From assembly GCA_048938025.1 (NCBI GenBank), contig JBHLMP010000001.1:32001-96000 (forward strand): 64,000 nt of DNA, written 5' to 3'. Of this stretch, positions 40,902-50,525 are shown piece by piece. Numbering within the stretch: position 1 is the stretch's first letter; each line of letters starts with the position of its first letter. A program made the translations under genes and the position numbers. Under the pieces are notes generated by a model. It ran no database searches. It saw only the letters and a list, made by a program, of their open reading frames with translations, and had not been told where the DNA came from. This DNA comes from Promethearchaeota archaeon. Its GTDB lineage: Archaea > Asgardarchaeota > Lokiarchaeia > Sigyniarchaeales > SOKP01.

Positions 40902-41537
40902 TTATAAATTAATTTCCCCATTAATTCTTACAATTCTTCCATCAACATGTAATCTTTTATCACAAAATAGTTCGATTGCTTTCGGAAAAATTTTATGCTC
41001 CCATTCAAGAACTCTTGGTCCAAGAGTATCTTCTGTATCAGTATCATAGACAGGTACACATTTTTGGATAATAATTGGTCCGTGATCAGATTCCATATCC
41101 ACAAAATGAACTGTACAACCAGATACTTTAACACCATATTCTAAAGCATCTCTGTGAGCATGCATCCCTCTAAAAGAGGGTAATAACGCGGGGTGAATAT
41201 TCATAACATTTCCATTAAAGGCATTGATGAATTTTTGACTTACTAATCTCATGTAGCCAACTAAAGTAATTAATTCACACTCATATTTTTCTAATACACT
41301 AATTATTTTTTGATCAAATTCTTCTCTTGGGACATGGAGATACTTATCAGATTCTATTAGAACATAAGGTATATTATGACTTTTAGCACGTTCCATGCAA
41401 AATGCTCCTGCTTTATTGCAAATCAATACTTCTACTTTAGCTTTATTCTTTAAGATTCCATTTTCACATGCTTTGACGATTGCTTCAAAATTACTCCCCG
41501 ATCCGGAAGCTATTGCTCCTATTTTTATTATTGACAT
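40902..41537 (-). CDS. purN: Phosphoribosylglycinamide formyltransferase
   Basis: SGSGSNFEAI, GYMR, NIHPALLPSF.G, SGCTVHFV...DHGPII.Q, EH. Confidence 0.96.
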   Translation of the reverse strand: MSIIKIGAIASGSGSNFEAIVKACENGILKNKAKVEVLICNKAGAFCMERAKSHNIPYVLIESDKYLHVPREEFDQKIISVLEKYECELITLVGYMRLVSQKFINAFNGNVMNIHPALLPSFRGMHAHRDALEYGVKVSGCTVHFVDMESDHGPIIIQKCVPVYDTDTEDTLGPRVLEWEHKIFPKAIELFCDKRLHVDGRIVRINGEINL

Positions 41538-41948
41538 AGATCCTCTTAATTATCTTTTTTAAAAAAATTTTACTCAAATAGAGCATATTGAGAACTATTT
41601 ACATCTAAATTATAATATTAAGACATCGAAGTTCTTCTATTTTACATAATAAAAAGATTTTTATTTGATTAACTTATATATTAATTAGAAATTAGAAGTA
41701 ATCTATTCTAAAATTTAGTCTCTTGTATTATTTTATATAATATTTGAGAGAAAACAATTCTATTTATAAAAACATCATTTAAAAAGAAAATTTGAAAAAT
41801 TCGGATATATAAATTCTTAAAGTCAAATTAAATTAAGATTTTTAAATAGATCCTAAGCAAAAAATAGAGTATTTTAAAAATAGAGATATTATCAATGATT
41901 TTACTTCTAAATAAAATTTATATGAATTATTCAAAAAACTGAAGATTT

Positions 41949-43859
41949 ATGAGTTTTGAAGGAGAATTACAAAAAATCAAGGATGAAATAATAGAAAATC
42001 TTCCTCCTGAAATTACTGTTAAAAAAATTGAATTCGAGGGTCCTGAAATTGCAGTATATTCTGAAAATTCTGATGTTGAAGCGACCGAAAGCTCAACAGT
42101 CCTAAAAGATTTAGCAAAAACTATGCGAAAGCGAGTTGTTTTTCGCTGGAATGTAGAAAAGCGTAAAGACCCTTCCGAAACTGAAAGTTATATAAGAAAT
42201 TTAATTGGTGAGGAAGCAGAAATTACTGCTATTGAATTCGATCATACTCGAGGTGAAGTTATAATTGAATCGGGAAAGCCTGGTTTAGTTATAGGTAAAA
42301 AAGGAATTAATTTAAAAGAAATTAGAACCAATACATTTTGGCAGCCTAAGACAATTAGAACTCCACCATTAGCGTCGAGAACAATTCAATTGATAAGAGG
42401 AATGTTGACAAAAGAACGGCAAACTCAAAAAGATATTTTACTACGAATAGGAAAAAGAATACATAGACCAACTGTATTTAAAGATTTAAATATTAGATTA
42501 ACTGCTTTAGGTGGATTTCGTGAAGTTGGGAGATCATGTATTTTAATGCAAACTAGAGATAGTAATATTTTACTAGATGTGGGATTAAATGTAGGAAATC
42601 CTATTGATAAATTCCCTTTTTTTGATATTCCTGAATTCTCAATTAGAGATCTGGATGCTGTTATCATTTCACATGCCCATCTAGATCACTGTGGTCTTGT
42701 GCCATTTCTTTATAAATACGGTTATCTTGGACCAGTCTATTGTACATTACCTACTCGTAATCTATCTACTATGTTACAATTGGATTTTATACAAATCTGT
42801 GAAAAAGAAGGGACTCCACCACCTTATTCTAAAAGAGATGTTAAACAAACAGTACTTCATACAATTCCACTTTCTTGGGGAAAAGTAACAGATATTGCTC
42901 CTGATATTAAATTAACACTCCACAATTCAGGTCATATTTTAGGTTCTTCCATGATTCATTTACATTTTGGTAAAGGAGGATATAATTTTGTATACACAGG
43001 AGATTTTAAATATCAAAAAACACGTTTACTTGAAAAAGCTAATGTCAAGTTTCCTAGAGTAGAAAGTTTACTTATCGAATCTACTTACGGTGGACCACAA
43101 GATCGCATCCCAAGCAGACAAGAATCTGAGAGAGAACTCAGACAAATTTTAAATACAACACTTAAAAGGGGAGGAAAAGTTCTAATTCCTGTTTTAGCAG
43201 TTGGACGAGCACAAGAACTAATTATCGTTTTAGAAGAATATATTTCTAAAGGATTAATTGATAAGGTACCAATATTTCTTGATGGGCTGATTTCAGAAGC
43301 AACAGCAATACATACGGCAAATCCTGACTTTCTTAGTTCAGATTTGAGAGAAAAAATCTTACATCAAGGAAAAAATCCTTTTTTATCTGACTATTTTGAG
43401 ACGGTCAGTTCTCAAGATGAAAGATTAGATATTGTACAAGGTGGTCCTTGTATAATCTTAGCAACTAGTGGTATGTTAATCGGAGGTCCTTCAGTGCAAT
43501 ATCTTAAAGCTTTGGCAGAAGATAGCAACAATTCGTTAATCTTTGTGTCTTATCAAGTACAGAATACTTTAGGTTCGAGACTTCAAAAAGGCTTCAGAGA
43601 ATTTCAGTATGTAGATGCCAAAGGTAGAACACAACTCGTAAAAGTTAACTTAAAAATCTTTACACTTGAAGGATTTAGCGGTCACTCATCACGGAGCCAA
43701 ATATCTCAATTTTTACGGAGAATCCAACCAAGACCTAAACTAGTTATTGTAAACCACGGAGAAGAATCAAAATGTGTAAGTTTGTCGACAATGATACATA
43801 AAAAATTACGTAAAAGTACGAAGAGTCCTAAGAATTTAGAGACAATTTTATTGAAATGA
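41949..43859 (+). CDS. aCPSF1 (FttA) KH-domain beta-CASP ribonuclease, transcription termination factor
   Basis: FEGPEIAVY, KPGLVIGK, LGGFREVGRS, SHAHLDH, GHILGS, ESTYG, FSGHS, NHGE. Confidence 0.95.
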   Translation: MSFEGELQKIKDEIIENLPPEITVKKIEFEGPEIAVYSENSDVEATESSTVLKDLAKTMRKRVVFRWNVEKRKDPSETESYIRNLIGEEAEITAIEFDHTRGEVIIESGKPGLVIGKKGINLKEIRTNTFWQPKTIRTPPLASRTIQLIRGMLTKERQTQKDILLRIGKRIHRPTVFKDLNIRLTALGGFREVGRSCILMQTRDSNILLDVGLNVGNPIDKFPFFDIPEFSIRDLDAVIISHAHLDHCGLVPFLYKYGYLGPVYCTLPTRNLSTMLQLDFIQICEKEGTPPPYSKRDVKQTVLHTIPLSWGKVTDIAPDIKLTLHNSGHILGSSMIHLHFGKGGYNFVYTGDFKYQKTRLLEKANVKFPRVESLLIESTYGGPQDRIPSRQESERELRQILNTTLKRGGKVLIPVLAVGRAQELIIVLEEYISKGLIDKVPIFLDGLISEATAIHTANPDFLSSDLREKILHQGKNPFLSDYFETVSSQDERLDIVQGGPCIILATSGMLIGGPSVQYLKALAEDSNNSLIFVSYQVQNTLGSRLQKGFREFQYVDAKGRTQLVKVNLKIFTLEGFSGHSSRSQISQFLRRIQPRPKLVIVNHGEESKCVSLSTMIHKKLRKSTKSPKNLETILLK

Positions 43860-44149
43860 GGAAATCTCTAAGGAGAAAAAACCTAATGGAGACTTGGACA
43901 ATCCCCAACAATTTGTCCTCATATGAATATACTATTTAAAGCAAACACTAAAATTAATAAACCTTAGCTCCAAGATTTTATTAGAACACTCTCATTATCA
44001 TCCGGCAAGTTCCCTTTTCTGATATGGATTTTCGAATATATTGAAATTACTTTCTAAAGGTTTAGATATTAAATTTAATTCTAGTTCTAAAAATTAATTT
44101 TTTTAAATAGTATTAATTACTATGTCTAAATAGAATTTAGTGGTATTAT

Positions 44150-45091
44150 TTGAATATTAAAATCTCCAGACTAAAAAATCGATCAATTACAATAATTAGA
44201 CATATTGTTCAAATTATAGCTTTCTTATTGATAAATTATATTATTTTAGAAATAATTTTCTCGATAAATTTATTACGTTTAGAGGGGATAATAAAATTTT
44301 TGCCTGTTTTAAACTCTCCCAGAAACCCACTTTCAGAAGGGGCAGGTATTCTTGAATACATCTTTTTCTTTCTCGCAGAAGGAATATTTCCATTCCTACT
44401 TTTAGGGATTCTTATTTTAATAATATTATTTACTAATAGATTTTTTTGCGGATGGATATGCCCCATTGGGACAATTCAGGATGCATGTGCAGCAGTACCA
44501 ACAAAAAAAAGAACAATCAAAATAGATACTCACAATAGCTTATTAAGAATCAAATATATAATTGTTATTTTTATGTTAATAATCCTTCTTCCTTTAGGTA
44601 TCTCAAGAGTAACCAATTACTCATTTTATCTGCAATTTAAAGAAAATTTAGGTGACCTATCCAAGAAACCTTTGGGATATTTCTCACTATCGGAGTATAT
44701 TTTTGTTTTCCTCCCTAATATGATTAAAGATATATTTACTTCTGGAAGCTTAGCACCATTATTTGCTACTGTATTATCTTTTTTTATATTCTTTATCTAT
44801 TTAATTCTCATAATTTTATCAATATGGTATCCAAGAGTATATTGTAGATATTTTTGCCCATTTGGAGCTGTTGCATCTACTATAAGTGAATATTCATTAT
44901 TGAAACTTTCAAGAAGCCCTGTAAGATGTGTAGGAAGAGCGGACTGTGGAATCTGTGAAAAAGTTTGTCCAAAACAAATAAGAATCTTAGAAGAACCTTT
45001 TGAATTTTTTACAGGTAAAGGTGAATGCAATTTATGTTTAAAATGTAAGGAAGAATGCCCATATAAAGCAATAAGTATAAAATTTGGATAA
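44150..45091 (+). CDS. Membrane 4Fe-4S binding protein (NapH/MauN-like)
   Basis: RFFCGWICPIG, CRYFCPFG and two ferredoxin motifs (C...CGICEKVCP; CNLCLKCKEECP). Confidence 0.88.
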   Translation: MNIKISRLKNRSITIIRHIVQIIAFLLINYIILEIIFSINLLRLEGIIKFLPVLNSPRNPLSEGAGILEYIFFFLAEGIFPFLLLGILILIILFTNRFFCGWICPIGTIQDACAAVPTKKRTIKIDTHNSLLRIKYIIVIFMLIILLPLGISRVTNYSFYLQFKENLGDLSKKPLGYFSLSEYIFVFLPNMIKDIFTSGSLAPLFATVLSFFIFFIYLILIILSIWYPRVYCRYFCPFGAVASTISEYSLLKLSRSPVRCVGRADCGICEKVCPKQIRILEEPFEFFTGKGECNLCLKCKEECPYKAISIKFG

Positions 45092-45255
45092 ATTTGACAA
45101 AGTTTGGAAAGAAAATATAGAATAAAAAATAAAATCACTTCCTTATTTAATACAAAAAATTTCAATTTTTTACAAAAATCTAAATGATAGATTTTCTAAT
45201 CTTTTATCAAAAGCAATGATGTATTATAAGCTAAATTTTATATCACAATAAAGCA

Positions 45256-46458
45256 ATGGATCCAAAAACAATTGAACAATTAGGAAACCGGATGAAGAGA
45301 GATGTAAATGTAGGTATCCATGGGATATTAGATTCAGAAGCTACTAGATATTATGAAGAAGAAAGCAAAGATATTAGACCACCTTTCTTTAGAGATGTTG
45401 ACCGAATTGTACATTCAAAAGCCTTCAGCCGTTATATCGACAAATCACAAGTCTTCTTTGATGTAAATAACGCAAATATAACTCATAGGTCTCTGCATGT
45501 AACTTTAGTCTCAAGAGTTAGCAGACAAATAGGACGTGTTCTAAGATTAAATACTGATTTAATTGAAGCAATAGCTCTAGGACATGACATAGGTCATAGC
45601 CCTTTCGGTCATATAGGTGAAGAAATACTAAATGAAATCAGCAAAAGATATAATATGGGAAATTTTAGCCATAATGCTCAAGGTATAAGATGGCTTTCTT
45701 ATCTTGAAAAAAGATATCCTAAAAAGCCTGCTAAGGGTCTTAACTTAACTTTGCAGGTTCTTGATGGTATTCTTTGTCATGATGGTGAAGTGAATGAGCA
45801 AAAATTGAAACCTCTTAAAAGAAATGGAAAAACTTGGGATGAGCATCTAAGAGAATATGAAGATTCTTTCAATGAAAATGAAATAAAGAGAATCCCAATG
45901 TCTTATGAAGGCATTACTGTAAGATTTGCTGATACTATATCATATATTGGGAGAGATATTGAAGACGCTATCTTGTTAGGCCTTTTAAATCGAAATGATC
46001 TACCTAACTCATGTAAAAAAATTTTAGGAGATACAAATCCTAAGATAATAAATACTTTAATAACCGATTTATTAAACTTTAGTTTAGACAATGATGTAAT
46101 CGGCTACAGTGATGATATTTTTCAAGCTTTAAAAGAATTAAAATCATTTAATTATAGAAAAATCTATAATAGACGAGATTTATTAAAAAAAAATTCTTTG
46201 GATAAAACTTTCATCGATAAGTTAAAAGAAAGATTCGAATTAATTTTTAAACATTGTCTAAAAGATTTAGAAGAAGAAAATTACAATTCACCGATCTTTA
46301 AGGACCACGTAGAATATATTGATGACGAAAATTTCTCTATTTATTTTAACACCCTTAAAGATCAAAATAAATTACCCTTAATTGTGAGAGATTATATAGC
46401 GGGTATGTCTGATAGATACTTTAGCGAAATCTATATAAAATTTCAAAAACACCTTTAG
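45256..46458 (+). CDS. dgt: HD-domain dGTP triphosphohydrolase-like protein
   Basis: RDVDRIVHSKAFSR..KSQVF, HDIGHSPFGH.GE, HN, ADTISY, DYIAGMSD. Confidence 0.85.
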   Translation: MDPKTIEQLGNRMKRDVNVGIHGILDSEATRYYEEESKDIRPPFFRDVDRIVHSKAFSRYIDKSQVFFDVNNANITHRSLHVTLVSRVSRQIGRVLRLNTDLIEAIALGHDIGHSPFGHIGEEILNEISKRYNMGNFSHNAQGIRWLSYLEKRYPKKPAKGLNLTLQVLDGILCHDGEVNEQKLKPLKRNGKTWDEHLREYEDSFNENEIKRIPMSYEGITVRFADTISYIGRDIEDAILLGLLNRNDLPNSCKKILGDTNPKIINTLITDLLNFSLDNDVIGYSDDIFQALKELKSFNYRKIYNRRDLLKKNSLDKTFIDKLKERFELIFKHCLKDLEEENYNSPIFKDHVEYIDDENFSIYFNTLKDQNKLPLIVRDYIAGMSDRYFSEIYIKFQKHL

Positions 46459-46547
46459 ACTAAATTCATTCGCTTGAAATTTATTTTATATATATCATCA
46501 AAAGATGATAAGATCCTTATAATACATATTTATAAATATAAAAAGGG

Positions 46548-46721
46548 TGGATTACACATTTGAGGATAATTCATAAAAAGCTATCTCAGTTTTACGGGGT
46601 TTTTTTCAGTCATTCCCGAAATTTGGACTTCAATCCAAATTTTCACGGGGTTTTTTTAAAATTAGGTTTTTTTAAACTGATATCTTTTTCTATCCTCCAG
46701 TTTAAATGTATGTGTAATCCA
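46548..46721. ncRNA. Candidate ~175-nt structured non-coding RNA (nested inverted repeats)
   Basis: Five nested helices read directly from the sequence (see findings); no ORF. Confidence 0.55.
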
Positions 46722-46893
46722 AGTTAAATAATATAGATCTTAGTAAATAAATCTATCTTTTTTGACAAAAAAATAGTCAAAATATATTGATGAGATTTTG
46801 CGAGTCCTCTTTTAGTTTTAGACAATTGAGAAAGGTTTTTTAAAGTAATCAAATTATATTTTACAAGTATTTTTTCAATATTCTTTTTGTTTT

Positions 46894-46966
46894 AGCCCAG
46901 TAGTGTAGAGGTCAAGCATCGGGGGCCCTGAACCCCTGGACCACGGTTCGAATCCGTGCTGGGCTA
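46894..46966 (+). tRNA. tRNA-Gln(CTG), intronless, with C at position 33
   Basis: AGCCCAG/CTGGGCT-A acceptor; GGGGG-CCCTGAA-CCCCT anticodon arm; CACGG-TTCGAAT-CCGTG T arm. Confidence 0.9.
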
Positions 46967-47019
46967 TTCTCAATATTTTAAATTTTATTAGGGGAGTTAA
47001 CCTTAGATTCCTATTAAAT

Positions 47020-47373
47020 TTAACCAGTTCGTTTAATAATATGGTAACCAAATTGAGTTTTTATTGGTTGAGAAATTTCTCCTATTTTCAATTTAGTGCA
47101 CGCATTCCAGAATTCAGAAACCATATCACCTTTGGAAAAATCTCCTAAATTTCCACCTTTCTTTTTACTAGAACAACTAGAATGTTGTCTTGCTAACTGT
47201 TCAAAACTTTCTCCTGCTTTTAAATCTTCATAAAGTTCCTGTGCTTGACTAAGCTTATTAACTAAAATATGACTTGCCTTTATTTTCCCACTACGGATAG
47301 CTGCTCCACCAGTTCTTACACTAGAAACCTCTTTTTTCTTCTGATAATCCTTACCATATTTTGGTTTACCCAT
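47020..47373 (-). CDS. Parvulin-type peptidyl-prolyl isomerase with basic N-terminal extension
   Basis: KASHILV, FEQLARQHS.C.S.KKGGNLG, MVSEF, PIKTQFGYHII; start moved to ATG 47373 (MGKPKYGK). Confidence 0.9.
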   Translation of the reverse strand: MGKPKYGKDYQKKKEVSSVRTGGAAIRSGKIKASHILVNKLSQAQELYEDLKAGESFEQLARQHSSCSSKKKGGNLGDFSKGDMVSEFWNACTKLKIGEISQPIKTQFGYHIIKRTG

Positions 47374-47440
47374 AATGATTTCAAGAGAAAATTTAAATGA
47401 TATATAATTAAAAAAGAGAAAAATTTTTTCTAAAAATAAT

Positions 47441-47866
47441 CTAATTGACAATTAAATATCTAAAATTTTTAATTCCTTCAATACTATTTATTTCAACAAC
47501 AATTTCTTGAAAATCAGAAAGTTCTCCATTAAACATCAGATAAATTATTGTTTTATGATCAACAAAATTTTGATTCTTACTTACAATCTGATCTTTATAA
47601 ATATTTTCAATTCTATTTAATTTTTTCAGAACATTCCCATCATTAGGTGCTACAATTATCATATTTCCAATAATATTTTTATTTTTTGAGGTAAATTCAC
47701 TATAAGTATCAATATTATATGTATCGATATTAGAAGTATCAACAGTTGACATTAATCGCAATAAGGCATCTCGAATTAATTTAGACTTGTTATCATAATT
47801 TAAAGGTACTAATTTATTTATGAATTTTTTTAAACTTTCACTTATATTAAATGACACAATTGGAAT
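47441..47866 (-). CDS. Ribbon-helix-helix (CopG/NikR-like) regulator with ACT-like C-terminus
   Basis: (M)PIVSFNISESL...YDNKSKLIRDAL; proposed ATT start at 47866 after AGGTG. Confidence 0.7.
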   Translation of the reverse strand: MPIVSFNISESLKKFINKLVPLNYDNKSKLIRDALLRLMSTVDTSNIDTYNIDTYSEFTSKNKNIIGNMIIVAPNDGNVLKKLNRIENIYKDQIVSKNQNFVDHKTIIYLMFNGELSDFQEIVVEINSIEGIKNFRYLIVN

Positions 47867-47949
47867 ATTTTAACACCTATAATATTAATAATCGTATTAA
47901 AATATATATCGAATATAACTATATAAATATTTTGAGAGGAAAAAAAAAA

Positions 47950-50316
47950 TCACAATTTAATGGATCGAGCAATTACGTCCTTAAATTTTTCAACATCTTC
48001 CACTAATCGATCGGCGTTTTCATCGCTGATTTTATCATCTTTTTTATATTTATTCAGCTCTGTGAGCCAATACTCAATTCTGTCAAGGATCGCTTTTTCT
48101 TTGTCTCCTAAAAGTTTTCTTAACCTAATAAAAGTATCATGGAGTTTATTTCTAATATTTTGTGCTTTCCATCTTAACATACAATAATCGGAAATTTCAG
48201 CTAAATTCTGGGTAATTGCCATTATATCTATGGTTTTTTCACGTTCTTCTGATTTGATTTTGCGAATGAGGTTAATCTCTTCAAATAATAATTCAATGAT
48301 TTTTGCCAAGAATCCCGCCAATTGCGATGGTGTCCCACTCCAAACTCTAACTTCTAATGATTGATTAGCTTCGGAAACATAAATTCGTGTTATAATACGT
48401 CCTCCACCGATTTTAGCTTCACTACAGTGCCAACTTTCTGCTTCATATTTTCCTTTGACGTCACTTCCCTCATGGGAAGTTACTGTACTTACTTCAAAAC
48501 GTTTTATAGTTCTGATTGCAGCTCGAAAAGCAAGCCTTGGATCTATATCTGCAATTAAAAATGCTCGGGCATCATTCGGTAGGTCTGCGATTGCTATTTG
48601 AATATCCTCGATTGTTGCTAAACATGAAACAACTAGGGGACATTTAATCTGAACCTCTTTTTTCCTTATAGGGATGGTGTTTTTTGCTCCTGAAGCTATT
48701 TTATAGATTACATCACCCCCTATTGAAGAAATTCCGCATTGTTTTGGTTCCAAATAAAAATCTACTCCTCGAGAATTTTTTGACTCAATAACAGGTATAT
48801 TAATCAATGGATTTTTAGTTTTATAACTAGATGGAACATCTAAAATAACTTTTACTGAATGTATTGCCATATCAGTTTTATTTCTGACAGCCACCTTAAA
48901 ATGTAGCTGACCCCCAATAAAATCATAATCACGAACTACTTCAATTTTACCTTTATCTGAAGGTTCATTAACTTTTGGTTTTGCACTAGATTTTTCTTCT
49001 ATTGGTACACTATATGCTACAAACAATTTTTTATGCATGTCAATATATCCATCAATATCTCCCCTACCAATTAAAATTGCTAGATTTTCTTCAATACTCG
49101 ATTCTGTAACCCCTAATCTACTTGAAAGTTCTCGTAAAGGCATAGTTCTATAAGCTCTTGCAAATTCCCTTATTTTAGTTTCAAGATGTTTACTTGTCAT
49201 AAATTCTCTTCGTTGAGTAAAAAGACCCTTTATAGAACCAGTCTTAATTAATTCATGAAGGCTTTTTCTTGCTAATTCTATAGCAATTTTTAATTTTTCA
49301 GCAAGTTTAGAAAGTTCAAATAATCCCTGTTCCTTGGAATAGTTTTTGATTTCCTTAAAAATCTGATCTGACGTAATAATTTCATTTCCTCTATCAGCAA
49401 AGAACCCATTTATCTCTTTTGTTCTCATTAAATTAACACAGAAAGACTTGACAAGTTCACTTGGAATAATGAAGATTTTTGCCAAATCTTTAATTGAAAT
49501 TCTGCCCTTTTTCTTGATTTCTTTTATTAAATTATCCATGATATACTGTTGTGTATAATAATTTGCTTTATCACGTGAAAAAGAGCCTTTTATCTGAAAT
49601 TGCTTAATTAATTTGTAGATAGCTTTAATTGCTACTTCTGAGCTCATATCTAACATTATTGCTAAATCTGCAACTTTAATAATTCCCTCAACTTGAAGTT
49701 TTGAAACTAAACTTTCATTCATTTCAGACGAGATGTAATAAAACATTTGACTTTTTTGATCTATAATTCCATAAATCCTTTCTTCATCCAAATATTTATT
49801 AATGAATTTAATCAATTGTTCAGCTGAAATATTAAATGAATTCATTATAGTCGAAAAATTTGTAGCTGGTCCTCTTTTCAGAAGATCTAAAAAGCACTTT
49901 GGGCAAATTTCTTTTCCTATTATATGTCTTAATCTTTTACTACACAAAATTAGTCTATTTCCCTTAATAAGATCATATCTTATAGCTTCTCTTGCGAGTT
50001 TCTCTTTTGATGGGAAGAACAGACCCGGTGTTTTTAAATAAGAATTCCATCCACACTTATTATTCGTACATTGTAAATAGTGCTGCCCAGAAGATAATCT
50101 TTCTAATGTTAAAAGAGATTTACAATCGGGGCATTCACTATCTTCAACAACAGTACATTTATAATTCGTTTCTATAGCTTTTGCTTTTGAATATATAAGA
50201 TTATGTTTTTTGCATTCATGGATCTCTGTTGTAGCAATATGATTAATACAAAAACTAGATTTGCATTTCTCGCAAGTAAAATCGATTTTCTGGCTTTCAC
50301 AGAATAAACATTTCAT
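47950..50316 (-). CDS. Multidomain Asgard-type protein: Zn fingers, tandem winged-helix/PCI-like repeats, Ig-like and alpha/beta C-terminal domains
   Basis: CxxC clusters in the first 145 aa or so; about 5 repeats ending I.G.(F/I); beta-rich segment starting KIEVVRDYDF. Confidence 0.7.
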   Translation of the reverse strand: MKCLFCESQKIDFTCEKCKSSFCINHIATTEIHECKKHNLIYSKAKAIETNYKCTVVEDSECPDCKSLLTLERLSSGQHYLQCTNNKCGWNSYLKTPGLFFPSKEKLAREAIRYDLIKGNRLILCSKRLRHIIGKEICPKCFLDLLKRGPATNFSTIMNSFNISAEQLIKFINKYLDEERIYGIIDQKSQMFYYISSEMNESLVSKLQVEGIIKVADLAIMLDMSSEVAIKAIYKLIKQFQIKGSFSRDKANYYTQQYIMDNLIKEIKKKGRISIKDLAKIFIIPSELVKSFCVNLMRTKEINGFFADRGNEIITSDQIFKEIKNYSKEQGLFELSKLAEKLKIAIELARKSLHELIKTGSIKGLFTQRREFMTSKHLETKIREFARAYRTMPLRELSSRLGVTESSIEENLAILIGRGDIDGYIDMHKKLFVAYSVPIEEKSSAKPKVNEPSDKGKIEVVRDYDFIGGQLHFKVAVRNKTDMAIHSVKVILDVPSSYKTKNPLINIPVIESKNSRGVDFYLEPKQCGISSIGGDVIYKIASGAKNTIPIRKKEVQIKCPLVVSCLATIEDIQIAIADLPNDARAFLIADIDPRLAFRAAIRTIKRFEVSTVTSHEGSDVKGKYEAESWHCSEAKIGGGRIITRIYVSEANQSLEVRVWSGTPSQLAGFLAKIIELLFEEINLIRKIKSEEREKTIDIMAITQNLAEISDYCMLRWKAQNIRNKLHDTFIRLRKLLGDKEKAILDRIEYWLTELNKYKKDDKISDENADRLVEDVEKFKDVIARSIKL

Positions 50317-50525
50317 AATTTGAAATTCTTTTTAGTTTTTGAGTCTATATAATATTTAAGAAAATTTATGCTTATTATTTTTTATATAGACCAATTTTAT
50401 TTTTTTAATTACAATGGAATTTTCTATAGATTTTTAAATTTTTTATTTTACTTTATTTAATAGCATCTGAAATAGCTAAAAAATAAAATTCTTGTTCCTC
50501 AATAATAGAGGAGGTATATATTTCA

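Noticed and set aside
8727-44013. Shared 12-mer CCG(A/G)CAAGTTCC in two intergenic regions (8727-8738, 44002-44013)
   Set aside because: Only two short copies with no extended similarity; cannot be separated from chance.
46548-46721. Replication origin (ORB-like G-strings) or MITE
   Set aside because: There is no cdc6/orc1 nearby, the ORB match is poor, and there is no TSD or second copy in the window; kept only as alternatives to the ncRNA reading.
10993-46966. tRNA genes as integration sites of an island or provirus
   Set aside because: I saw no integrase, no duplicated tRNA 3' end and no viral genes.
47374-47451. ORF-track N-terminal extension of the parvulin
   Set aside because: It overlaps the upstream gene and reads through AT-rich intergenic sequence; ATG 47373 is more plausible.
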